Shown here: positions 14,421 to 27,824 of the stretch, piece by piece
Layout: each line of letters begins with the position of its first letter
Position numbering within the stretch: position 1 is the stretch's first letter
Source: the human T2T-CHM13v2.0 reference genome, Homo sapiens
NCBI RefSeq assembly: GCF_009914755.1
Contig: NC_060936.1
Length of the DNA: 64,000 bases
Strand: one strand, 5' to 3'
The notes under the pieces: model-generated
Seen by the model: the letters and a program-made list of their open reading frames with translations, nothing else
Database searches by the model: none
What the model was told of the DNA's origin: nothing
Position numbers and translations under genes: made by a program

Positions 14421-15464
14421 GCAACTAATGACTCATTTTTGTTTTTTAAAGCATCTTAGTATTTTGTAAGATTTTTGCAGATTGTTGAGTCATGATTATT
14501 ACTAAAAAGACTATATATATCAAGATGTGGTGACTTTAAGGAATTGATAATTAAATTAACTTAATTATCTATCATGATTTCCAGACACTAAACATCCTGG
14601 TAAGTATGAAACAAAAGAGAATGTAGCTTTTTGGAGAATTTTTTTTCTTTGTTTTTGTTTTTTTTTTTCCTTCCTTCCCCTACCTGACCATTTTTTGGTG
14701 AATTTTAATGATAAAAAGGGTGCAAGAGTAAAAACCTGATATTCCACTTCTATTGCATAACAAGCTAACCAAACTGGAGTTGGAGGATAATTGTAAAACA
14801 GATCATTTAACTTAAGATTTCTGTGATTTTTCTTTTGATTAGATTTTTGTCTTTCAAATAGGACCGAGGTGTAGTACATTGGCAAAAATAAAAAGAGGCT
14901 AACAAGAATAGTTAGCCTCTATCTAATCTGTGACCAGAGTCACAGATATTCAAAACAGAATGTCATGTCGGAAAATGTCATTGAGCAACTGTGTATCTGA
15001 TCAAAGCAGCAGGAGAAAATTACTTATATGTCATAATCATTTTAGTGGTATTCGTCAACTTCATCACAGTAACTTTGCAACATCATTCTACATTTGTGGA
15101 AAGTAGTAAAATTCATGTCAAAAAGGAAAGGGAGAATGGAGGAAGTCAGTTCATTCCAGTGAATTGTCAATCAAAAACATGCCCAGGAGCACAAAATTGA
15201 GAAATCATACTTAAAACTAGAAGAAACTTGGTTTAAGTTATAAAGCAAATTAAAATAGAAGTGAAAGGAAGTAGAGCCAGTGGAGTTGAAAAAGCTTCTC
15301 ACTGAAAACTCAGTAAATGACTCACATTTGTTTAGCTCAACCACCACCACCAATTCCTTCCCTCTAATGCTCCACAATGGTAAGAATCCAATTTTATTTC
15401 AGACTTCAGAGGGCAAGAGCGATTACATTCTCTGTTATTTTAAACATTTTTTTTAATCCTTCAG

Positions 15465-15620
15465 ATTCTATATAAAGCAGAAGAAGACTAGATCCAAGGG
15501 AAGAAACGAACAGTTTCCAGTATTGGACCATCTTTTATCTATAATTAAGTTACCCCCAAATAAAGATACTACTTACCTTTCACAATCTTGGGCAGCCCTC
15601 GTGGTGTTACCTCATATTAG
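15465..15620 (+). CDS. UTP20: UTP20 exon 13 (FYIKQKKT...VLPHI)
   Basis: ttcag| ... |gtaaga; 156 nt, phase 2-2. Confidence 0.95.
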
Positions 15621-15755
15621 GTAAGAAAATAAGCTATGTTTAATTTTGAAAGAGATAACATGCTGATTAAAATATGTTAGCCATTCCTTGCTGTTCTCTG
15701 AAACAAACCATTGAATGCCAGTTTGAACTTTTCCCTTTTTCTCCCCCTTGGACAG

Positions 15756-15844
15756 ACCTCTTGAGAAAGAGAAGGTGATACCACTCGTCACCGGCTTCAT
15801 AGAGGCACTCTTCATGACTGTTGACAAAGGAAGCTTTGGGAAAG
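15756..15844 (+). CDS. UTP20: UTP20 exon 14 (PLEKEKVI...SFGK)
   Basis: gacag| ... |gtcagt; 89 nt, phase 2-1. Confidence 0.94.
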
Positions 15845-16589
15845 GTCAGTTACAATCATCATGTGTTCTCTTCTCTTCTTTTCTGGCACACTCAAAGTAA
15901 TTGTAAACACATGAGCTATTAGAGAATAATACTTACATTGTGTTCTGGCATAACCCCCTGGATGATAAATCTGGAAGAAATGAGGATATGATGGGCATGT
16001 CTCACTTGTACCACATAATGTGGTGACTGGGTCACGGTGGCTTGAGCATAAGGAAGGGGACATATCAAAAGGATGCCATGGCTTAGAAGGCCATTTGTTT
16101 TTGAGCCCCATACCAGGTCCTCTTTTTCATCTCCCACATACATCTGACTCCTAGTATACACCTTATGCTCCAAGCAAATCCATTTGCTTACCATGAGAAA
16201 GACACATTCTTTTGCAACTTTTACAACTGTATGGCTGCCTTTGCCCATGTGTTTCCTCTGCATGGAGACCCTTCTAGGTCTTTGTCATTCAGTGAACTCT
16301 TGCTTATCTTCCAAAACTCAGCTCAGGCACAACACCTCTAGGAAGGCCTTTATGACTCTTTAGGCAGAATTAGACTGCCCTGCCCAAAACACCATTTCCT
16401 ATTAGATATTTATATGTCTCCCCCACTAGTCTGCAAACGGCAATTCAAAAGCAGTTATTTAATATTTTGTTTTATTCTAATGCAAAATTTTTTAAAAATC
16501 ACGTGTATATAGTGGTCATTCATTCACTTAAATATTAATGTGCTACATTCTGTGTTAGATACTAAGCAGACGTATTAGAGAATAAAGTG

Positions 16590-16709
16590 GACTCGCCGCA
16601 TGTCAAGTGCTCTGTAGCCATATGTGACTGGTGGCTACTGTACTGGATTGTGGCGACATATTAGGACAAGTATTTTTACCATTGTAGAAAATTCTGTTAT
16701 ACAGCACTG
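16590..16709. mobile_element. MER3-like hAT-Charlie fragment
   Basis: caagtgctc..tagccatatgtgactggtggctac...agaaaattctgttatacagcactg. Confidence 0.7.
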
Positions 16710-16724
16710 ATCTAGAGCCTAGAG

Positions 16725-16951
16725 CAGGGACTGGTAAAATCTTTTTGTAAAGGACCAGACAGTAAATGTTTTAGGTCTTATGGGCCACATTCAGTCTTTG
16801 TGGCATATATATGTATATATACACACATACATATATATATTTTTTTAAACAACCCCTTCAAAATGTAAAAAACATTTTTAGCTTGCAGTCCATATAGAAA
16901 CAGGCTGCTTACCAGATCTGACTTGCAGACCATATAGTTTGCTGACCTCTG
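16725..16951. mobile_element. MER58-family hAT-Charlie MITE
   Basis: Termini cagggactggtaaa / tttgctgacctctg; 8-bp TSD gcctagag/ggctagag. Confidence 0.8.
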
Positions 16952-17016
16952 GGCTAGAGACATAGTTTGCTGACCTCTGGGCCAGAGACTAAATGAGTGT
17001 TTAATTAATATCATTA

Positions 17017-17490
<474 letters not shown>

Positions 17491-17704
17491 TTATGGGTAG
17501 TAGCCATTGAATATGTGACTTCTTATAAACTTGAAAAATAAAATCAACAAGTTTTATACCAAGATAATTTCTTAGCTATTGATAAATCCAAGCCTGCACT
17601 CCTCAAAAGTACTAGTTTTGATAACATCAGTGAGTGGGACCATTATACTTGGTACTCATTTTGGTTAATGGAACATACACATTTTTATTCTCTACTTCTG
17701 AGTA

Positions 17705-18012
17705 TTTATTTATTTATTTATTTATTTTGAGACTGTCTTGCTCTGTCACCCAGGCTGGAGGGCAGTGGCACGATCATGGCTTACTGCATGCAGCCTTGAC
17801 ATCCCAGGCTGAAGCAATCCTCCCATCTCAGCCTCCTGAGTAGTTGGGACTACAGGTGTGAACCACCATGCCCAGCTAATTTTTAATCTTTTATAGAGAT
17901 GAAGTCTCACTGTGTGGCCCAGGCTAGTGTTGAACTCCTGGCCTCAAGTGGTCCTCCCACCTCAGCACCCCCAAAGTGCTGGGATTACAGGTATGAGCCA
18001 CCATGACCAGCC
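17705..18012 (-). mobile_element. AluJ-like
   Basis: Diverged antisense dimer with (TTTA)n. Confidence 0.92.
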
Positions 18013-18229
18013 TGTATTTTTCTTAAGAAAGGTAAAATATAGGACTTGGAAACTTCTCTTTTCTGTTTCTTTCTGTTATATTTGGATGTTTGACAGACAA
18101 TTCTTTGGAAGGCATAAATTCACTTTAAGAACTTCCCATAAGTAGCAAGTATTCAATAAATAAGGTGTTTGATAGTTAATAATGTCAAAGAAATAAGTAA
18201 TGTGGTTTCTCCTGTTTTTCTGCCCTTAG

Positions 18230-18335
18230 GAAACTTATTTGTTCTTTGTCAAGCTGTAAATACTCTACTAAGTTTGGAAGAATCTTCTGAACTTCTTCAT
18301 TTGGTTCCTGTGGAACGTGTGAAGAATTTAGTATT
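18230..18335 (+). CDS. UTP20: UTP20 exon 15 (NLFVLCQA...KNLV)
   Basis: cttag| ... |gtaagt; 106 nt, phase 1-2. Confidence 0.94.
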
Positions 18336-18939
18336 GTAAGTAAACATCTTCCAGTTGGTTTAGTAATGAATAAAATATAAAAGCCTCTATTGTTGTGAAA
18401 TCTTGGACACAAAGAAAATCCCTTTGATCTATTTTATACCTGAGTTGTATTCACGTAGTGAAATTTAATATTGATTTAGATCCTCCAGTTAAAATAAGTA
18501 CATTTGACACAGTCTTTAAATACAGATTCATCTTTGTAAAGGGTGTTTTATTGCGTGTGTAGATTAATGTCGTAAAGTTTGAAGGGTTTGTAATGCTGAT
18601 CATTCCCAACTGTAACGTGGCATGATGTTGACCTTTTATAACTTCTTTAGTGGTTCCAACATGCACATTCCCACTCTTGTTCGGCCTCAACTTGAGGTGA
18701 TCAGCATTTCAGAAAACTTCCCTGTGGTCTTTTTACTACACACTGAAACAATCCAGTTTCTTTTTTTTTGTTGGTTTGGTTTCTTTGTTTGCTTTTTAAG
18801 TATAGTTTAGCCAGCCTTTGATTTTGATAGCAGCACAGAGCCATTTGAGAGGAGCCAACAATATATCTTTTCTAAAGGTCAAGCCTTGCTGCTTTTTCCT
18901 GAAGTCTACTCCATTTTATTTCCAAGTGTTTTAAAGATT

Positions 18940-19580
18940 TATTCATTCACTTTGTTCAGTAGGTAATCATTTGCTTTTCTCACATGCCAAGCCCTGTTCC
19001 AGGCACTGTGAAACATAGTGAATAAAACAGACAAAATTCCCTGCCTTCTTGTAGCTAATGCTCTAGCCAGAAGAGGCACTAAACAGAATAAAAAGTAAAC
19101 TATATAGCGTGTTAGGAGGTGCTAAGTGCTGTGAAGAAAAACAAAGCAGGGTCAGGAGATAGGGAGAGTCCAGAGGTGAGGGGAGCGGTAGCAGTTTTAA
19201 ATCAAGGTGAACTTACTGAGGAGGAGACACTTAAGCAGAAGGCAGAAAGCAGTGAGGGACGTAAGCCATGAGGATACCTGCGGTCTGGGCTGCTCCCTGG
19301 GTTCCAGACCTGGAGGCGACATGAATGCCAACGCTCTGTGGGGGTGGTGGGTGCCTGGCTTGAACAGCAAGGAGAGGTCATCTTGGCTGAGCAGAGCACG
19401 AGAGTGGGCTGTAGGAGAAGAGGACAGAGAGGTGGAGGCAGTAGACCTCCTTAGGTCACCGTAGGGCCTTGGCTTTTACTCTGAATGAAAGGGGAGGCCA
19501 TGGGAGGATTTTTGGCAGTGGAATGACTTTGACCTAAACAGAATCACTCCGGCTGCTGTGTTGAGACTGTAGGGGAATAC
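18940..19580. mobile_element. L2a-like
   Basis: attcattc...ccaggcactgtg...gaatcactccggctgctgtgttgaga. Confidence 0.8.
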
Positions 19581-19989
19581 TATAATAATCTGGAATCTCT
19601 TTGCCTTTCCAAATCTGGGTGAAGTTGGCATTTCTCCATGGTTAATTGCATTGGTTTAAATTAACTTCCTGTAGAGAGGATTAGTTCTTTGACATCACCA
19701 CATTTACCATATTACATAGTCTCCCTTTTAAAATCATTCTGTTTAAACTTCTCATACTTTCACCCTTGGTATAAACAATTGAAGGTGGCTGTAGAAATTG
19801 AAACAAAAGACACACATAGCACAGAATGGGGTCCATGTTCCCCTTGGGGAAGGCCAGCTTGCCTCCCAGCCAGGTGGCTCTAAGCCTTGGAGACACAGAG
19901 TTGTCCAACAGGAGTGGCTCTGGTTTTGAGGGCAGGGGCATAAACTTGCAGAGTAGATGCAGGATTCTGTTCTCTTTGCTATGCTAGTA

Positions 19990-20320
19990 GACTGATGAGC
20001 ACCTAGGTTTCACAGCCAAGACTGCCTGGTTTTGACTCTTGAATCCACCACTTACTAGCTGTAGCCTTGGGTGACTTAGTTAACCTCAACTTGATTATCT
20101 CTCAAAAAGGGGTAGTGAAGAAAAAAAGGAAGGAATAGAAATCTCACCTTGTAGAGATTAAGTTATACAATGCATGCAATAATAGTAATAAACAATTGCA
20201 TTGATTGTGTCACAACAATTCCATGATGTGTGGGTACTGTTATCAGTATAGATGGAGGAACTAAAGTTTCAAAAGAAAGCCCTGGTCTGAACTCCTTTCT
20301 TCCGCTCTTGCCCTGCTGCT
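19990..20320. mobile_element. MIR fragments
   Basis: accacttactagctgt..ccttggg MIR core; opposite-orientation piece gatggaggaactaaagt. Confidence 0.6.
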
Positions 20321-20329
20321 TCTAAGTAT

Positions 20330-21140
20330 AGGACAGATCATGCCACTCCTTTGCTCATCACCCTCTAATACAGTGCTTCTCAACTGGGAGCAAACCTGGA
20401 GACTTTCCAGCTGTCACAGCGTGGGGAAAGAGCACTGTTACTGGCATCTAGTGGGTGGAGGCCAGGGATGCTGCTGAGCCCCCTGCAGTGGGCAGCACTG
20501 CCCTCCACCACAAAGAGTTCTCTGGCCCAAAATGTCAGTAGTGCTACTGTAGAGAAACCTTGCTCGAGAGGTATCCCATCTCACTCTATAAAATCCAGCA
20601 TCCTCATCATGTTCCTCGGGGCTCCGTATGAGCTAACTCCTGGCTAGTTCTGACATCTTCAGGCACTCTTTGTTAGTTCCAGCTGAGATGGCCTCCTCGA
20701 TGTTCCTGCAGACAAGCACACCTCAGACTGGCATTGCAGTTCCCTCTGCCTAGAATGCTTTTCTTTCAGATACCCTTTTAGCTGACTTTTTCACTTCCTT
20801 TGGTCTCCGTTTTTTAGGAGCACCCCTGTATCAAATGGTGCTTCTCTTCACCTCCACACCGTCTCCCCACAACTCCCTGCATGTCAATCTCTTTGTCAAG
20901 CCTTTTTCCCCTGGTTTTCTGGAGAAAACCAGGGTTTTCTCCAGAACCTGGTTTCTCCAAACCTGGTTTCATGGAGCCTTTCTCCATGACGCTCATCACT
21001 GTCATAGTACTTATTTATTGGCTACTTTCCCCTACTAGAATATAAGTTCCAGGAAAAGGAACTTTGTCTTTTGTTAACTGCTATATCTACAGTATCTAGA
21101 AAAGTCACAGTACATAGTAGGTACTCAATGAATATTTGTT
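20330..21140. mobile_element. L2 interrupted by MER20
   Basis: cagatcatgccactcct...ctagaatataagttccagg...tagtaggtactcaatgaatatttgttg. Confidence 0.8.
20371..20562. mobile_element. MER20 (hAT-Charlie)
   Basis: cagtgcttctcaact...ctggcatctagtgggtggaggccagggatgctgct...ggcccaaaatgtcagtagtgc...gagaaacct. Confidence 0.88.
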
Positions 21141-21302
21141 GCATAAGGATGGTACCAAGAGGTTAAGCAACTTGCCTGAGGTTACACTGCTTATGAGTAA
21201 TGGTGCCAGATTCAACCCTGGGCTGCCCTACCCCAGAGCTCGTGTGTCAGACTACTCCTCTCTACTATCCTCATTAGCTCGGTGCCTGGCACATGACAAA
21301 CA

Positions 21303-21411
21303 CTTAATAAATATTATATATGTATATATTATATTAAATATTAAATTTAACATTTAATATTATTTAATAAAATATAAATTAAATAATAAATATTATATAT
21401 ATATATATATA
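21303..21411. repeat. AT-rich low complexity / (TA)n
   Basis: About 110 nt almost entirely A/T; taataaatattatatat occurs twice. Confidence 0.85.
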
Positions 21412-21696
21412 AGTGGCTGTCATTTACAACTATGTGGATTGAAGAGGCAACATTGGAGTCTAGCATATTCTGCTCCCACCTCTGCCTGCAACCAGCTGTG
21501 TGTCCTTGCATATGTCACTCATTGTTGCTGGGCCTCAGATTCTTCATCTATGAAGTGAGCCAGATATCCACGTGAGACTTTTGCCTGTTACCTTTTACAT
21601 TTTCTTCATCAGTGATCATTTTCTGTGGCTTATACTATAGTCTAGATACTCTGGGTTATATGGTACAGTTTGGGTCTAATGAACATCTCGTTGCAG

Positions 21697-21847
21697 AACC
21701 TTTCCCCTGGAGCCATCTGTGTTGCTGTTGACTGATCTCTATTATCAGAGATTAGCCTTGTGTGGCTGCAAAGGGCCACTTTCCCAGGAGGCTTTAATGG
21801 AATTATTTCCCAAGTTACAAGCAAACATTTCAACTGGTGTATCCAAG
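21697..21847 (+). CDS. UTP20: UTP20 exon 16 (TFPLEPSV...GVSK)
   Basis: tgcag| ... |gtaatg; 151 nt, phase 2-0. Confidence 0.95.
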
Positions 21848-21964
21848 GTAATGGTGTTTTGTGGTAGTGTGTCCTCAGTCTCTCTTCTCCTGTTTCTATA
21901 TGGACTGCAGTGGTTTTCAGAGCATCTTAGTTAGAAAGTGTTGCTGTGGGATGATTTCTGTTTA

Positions 21965-22170
21965 AAGCGATGATTCTTAAATGTTGGCCTGCAAACCAAT
22001 TGCAGTAGGATTAGTTAGGGAGATAAATAAAAATACAAATTCTGGGTCCCTACCCTCAAAGATTCCAATTCAGTAGGGCTAGGGTAGAACTGAAAAATCA
22101 ACATAGTTTTTTTTTTTAAGTCTTCTAGGTGGTTCTCCTGCTCATTTAGGTATGCGGAAATACCTGAATA
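21965..22170. mobile_element. MER5-family DNA transposon
   Basis: aaatacaaattctgggtccctaccc...attccaattcagtagggctagggtag...ctaggtggttct. Confidence 0.7.
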
Positions 22171-22480
22171 TTGTACATTACTTAGGAATAAAAATCACTA
22201 ACTTTAATTGAATTGACAACTTAATCAACTTCTTTGTACTTATTTACAGACATGGTTATAGTGTCATAGTTCAAAGAAACTACTGATTGTTCCATGTACT
22301 ATTTTAACTAGGTGTTGGTTGGTGTTGAATATGAAATAAGGGCTAGAATAGGCACATATTACTCTGGTCAAATGGTATTTTTTTTTTAAATTGTATAAAA
22401 CTTAAATCTTGCTGACTGTGAATCAGTTTCTTTTTATGGTTAAACTTTGGAATTTGAAAGATGCCTTTTACTTTCTCCAG

Positions 22481-22543
22481 ATTCGGCTTTTGACAATAAG
22501 GATCCTAAACCATTTTGATGTCCAGCTTCCAGAATCAATGGAG
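22481..22543 (+). CDS. UTP20: UTP20 exon 17 (IRLLTIRI...PESME)
   Basis: tccag| ... |gtattt; 63 nt. Confidence 0.94.
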
Positions 22544-22673
22544 GTATTTTAACTGTTTGAGTGGATAGGTTTTAAAAAAATATAGTTTTACATATTATTG
22601 TGGTTTCCAAAATGATACCTTTGCAGAAAATTAACACACTATATAAATATCTGTCGTAAAAATTGATTTTTTT

Positions 22674-23453
<780 letters not shown>

Positions 23454-23961
23454 AATATCTATCTCATTCCTTTTGAAGTTTGAATACTACTCCACAGTTG
23501 AAAATGTCTTATTTAGCCATTTTCTTGTTGACGGATGGTTAGGTAGGTTTTGCATTTTTTTAGGATTTCAAACAATACTGCAGTGAACATCCTTATACGG
23601 ATATGTTTATGTAGGGAAATAGTTCCATAATGCAGATTACTAGGAATAGATTTGTGAAGCAAAAGCGTATGTGCATTTTATTTTTATTTCAACAAATGTT
23701 GCCAATCAATTTGAGTGACTTGAGAATGATTTTCCTGTTGTTTAGTTGTCATTTATGCACTAGACACTAAATTATCTACCAAGAAGTAAATGGTATGGGG
23801 AGAAAAGAATCATTTACCAAAAAAAAAAGTGTTACTTATTTCATTAAAAATATTAACATATTCCAGTTTTTCTATTTTTAGACCTTTGGTCACATTTAAT
23901 GTTCTTTTTGGAAAATCAAAATACTGACCGGTCTTCTCCATGGTTTTCTCTGGTTATTCAG

Positions 23962-24120
23962 GATGATGGGCTCTCAGAGCGGCAGTCTGTCTTTGCTATA
24001 TTACGCCAGGCAGAACTTGTTCCAGCAACTGTGAATGATTATAGAGAGAAGCTTCTTCATTTGAGAAAACTAAGACATGATGTGGTACAGACTGCTGTCC
24101 CTGATGGGCCGTTACAGGAG
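23962..24120 (+). CDS. UTP20: UTP20 exon 18 (DDGLSERQ...GPLQE)
   Basis: ttcag| ... |gtaaaa; 159 nt. Confidence 0.95.
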
Positions 24121-24201
24121 GTAAAAATAGTGTTCTTTTATTTTTCCTTTTTAATTCATGCTTTAAATCCTGTTTGGGGAAGCACATCAAGTAGTCACCA
24201 A

Positions 24202-24228
24202 AATAATAATAATAATAATAATAATAAT
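24202..24228 (+). repeat. (AAT)n microsatellite
   Basis: aataataat run. Confidence 0.95.
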
Positions 24229-24424
24229 TTAAAAATAATAAGGGAAATCCCCAGTTCTCTTAGATGCTTTGAGTTAAACAGCTCTACCAGCTTTTTTAAG
24301 TAGCAGGAATAATTTAGTATTCTCTGTTTCAGGCATGAGCCACTGTACCTGGCCATGTTAGTACCTTTTTAGAAATGAGTAAGCAGGGGCTCATTGAACC
24401 TGAGTGACGCAGGTAGGTAGGTAG

Positions 24425-24808
<384 letters not shown>

Positions 24809-25538
24809 CAGCCCTCTATGTTTTATATCAGGGTTTTCATTCCATGACCCTTGAAGATACATCACAGACCTCTTTGGGAGTAAGGCCAAAAGGAGGCATT
24901 CTCCCTTCAGTCAGAGCAGTTCTTCTCTTACCTGTTTTATAAATTAGGTATATAAATATACTTCTGTTTCATTTGGAAAAAAGACTGCTTCTAGAATATA
25001 TACAAACACCCCATCCCTAAATAATAATAAAACTACCAGTCTGGATGGTGCCTCCCTAGCACATGGGAATGTTAGTAATAATGACCCTTATTCCAAAAGG
25101 TGACCGGGAAACTTTAGACCCTTTTACTGAACTTGCAAAGCCTCAGTCATTCACAGTATGTTTCCTTGCGTTCTTCGGCATGTGTGCATTTCTGACTGCT
25201 GTTGAAGTTTTGTCTTAATCTGGTGACAGCAACATTTGTTAGAAGGGAATTTAATCATTAGTCAAATCTGTTCATTTAAATGAATGAATACCTGGAGTGA
25301 ATTTGAATACTATGTTTGCTGTAGCGATTCTTCTATTTTAAATAGTGAGTGACATTTTGGGGAGAAGAGGAAAATTAGTATACATTGAATTTTGGATTGG
25401 TGCCTGCAACTTTTTTTCTTATCGCACAGGCTTCTTTCCAAACCTCAGGTTGTCCAACTTGGGATGTTTGCATTTCAGTACTTCTGTTCTATACTGTATT
25501 TCATTACCCAATACTAAACTAGTCTTTTGTAATTGCAG

Positions 25539-25615
25539 GTGCCGCTTCGTTATTTGTTAGGCATGCTATATATTAATTTCAGTGCACTCTGGGATCCTGT
25601 TATTGAACTCATAAG
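25539..25615 (+). CDS. UTP20: UTP20 exon 19 (VPLRYLLG...VIELI)
   Basis: tgcag| ... |gtaaac; 77 nt, phase 0-2. Confidence 0.95.
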
Positions 25616-26069
25616 GTAAACATGGGTTAAATGGGATGAAACTATTATACTTTAACTACTGCAGAATGATGGGGCCCAGATTATTCTCCTTCTGGGTGTG
25701 ATTTAAATGAATGGGTGTATATGGTATTTACAGTACTTTAAATCCTTTGTGAGACAAGGTAAATTAAAAATAAACATGAATTATTCTCTCTGATGCCACA
25801 TCTTCAGTAGTTCCAATATTATACGTGTGTCTCTTTGTGTGTTGAAATAACTTTGAAGGAGTTTCTCTTTTTGCTTTTTATGATACTTTTGTGTTATTAA
25901 AATTTGTTACAGCAAGGAAGTATAATAATTGCATAATTTTATTTCTATATTTTGAGTCATTGAGCCATACTTTAAAAATAAAGACTTTTTCAAAACCTTG
26001 CTGTCTAGCATCCAAAATCCCTTTAGCCCCAAAATGTCTTCAGTGGTCACATAGAAAATACATGTTATA

Positions 26070-26391
<322 letters not shown>

Positions 26392-26585
26392 TTATGGCTC
26401 ATGTGTAGAAATCTGTCTTCAGACATTTGTCTTCAGATAATACACACTCACTTTTTTTATCAGATTATCAGATTGGAAATATGTCGTGTGAGGCCTTTCA
26501 AAACCCCAACGATTAGTTATTAGTTCTTATTTGACAGAATAAGAGAGTTAACATTTATAGACAGATCCCTTTACAATTTGAAACT

Positions 26586-26650
26586 AATTTGTCTACCTTT
26601 ACTACCCTTGTCTACCTTTTACTACAATTTGTCTACCTTTTACTACCTTT
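26586..26650 (+). repeat. ~21-bp tandem repeat x3 (ttgtctaccttttactac core)
   Basis: Three near-identical units visible. Confidence 0.85.
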
Positions 26651-27507
26651 CAAAGCCATCAAAACCAGTGTGCCAAAAGCAAGATTCTCCCAACATCAGC
26701 TTCATTATTTTGTTTATTACACTTTCAGAAGAGAGAATTTGACATACATATTACCAGTAGCACACTATCAACAGTGTTGGTTCTTTAATTACTGAATGCC
26801 ATGAGGCATTCTCCCTAGTGGCTGGGCTGTCTTCCTGTTGGGTACCTCTTTCTGTTTGGAAGGATAGAAACAACAACATACCTGTTGGTTTGTTTTCTGA
26901 GTAGAGTCAGTTCCCAACATATATAATACATGTCATGTGTAAAGTTTATGCATATTCTTAGAAAATTAGTGATAGAATATTTGAGAGTATTGTTGCTAGG
27001 ATATCAAACTACATAAGCACTTTATGTGATCCATCTAATGTCTCCTTTTAAGTTCTGAAAAGTGTGTTTCATGTAGTTAGTGAATGTTTATTTTGTCTTT
27101 GTGTTAATAAGTATATTTAAATTTGGTGGAGGGAAACTAATTATTTTTAAGTTAGTTTTGAACAAACTGACTTTTCTCTCCAGAGGGCCCCTTCTTCTCT
27201 TAATGGATCTTATTCATGCCCCATGCCCCAGTTTCATCAGTGTGCCTTTAAAAATGATTTTCTCTTAAGGATCTACTTATATTTTTAAAAATACTCTTTA
27301 GTGCTTTATGACTATAAAAATGATTTGTGCTCAGTGCAGGCATTTTGAAAAATATAGAAAAGTGCAAAAGGTGTTTACGACTCCACATTGAGGGATAACC
27401 TAATTGACATTTTAGTTATATCCTTTCACTCTTTTTTTTTTTTCCTATGAGCAATCTTAAAATGGCCATACCACACTTTTTATTTTGTGATTTTTTTTTT
27501 CCCTTAG

Positions 27508-27587
27508 TTCTCATGCACACGAAATGGAAAATAAGCAATTTTGGAAAGTCTACTATGAGCATCTAGAAAAAGCAGCTACGCATGCTG
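27508..27587 (+). CDS. UTP20: UTP20 exon 20 (SHAHEMEN...ATHA)
   Basis: cttag| ... |gtatgt; 80 nt, phase 2-1. Confidence 0.94.
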
Positions 27588-27824
27588 GTATGTAAAGGGG
27601 TTGTGAGGAAGCTGCGAAGAAAAGTGGTTGTTTAACTGTTTTGTTTTTATTGCTTAATTACTCACGAAATTGGAAAACAGAGATGAAACATATATTATCA
27701 TGATAACTTTTGGGAGTGACATTCTTTCCTTACATTATAGAGAAAGAAATGCCCTCTCTTGAGAAAACACTTAAGATAAATGTTGATATTTGTCTGGTGG
27801 TTATGACAACTTTCTTTCTTGCAG

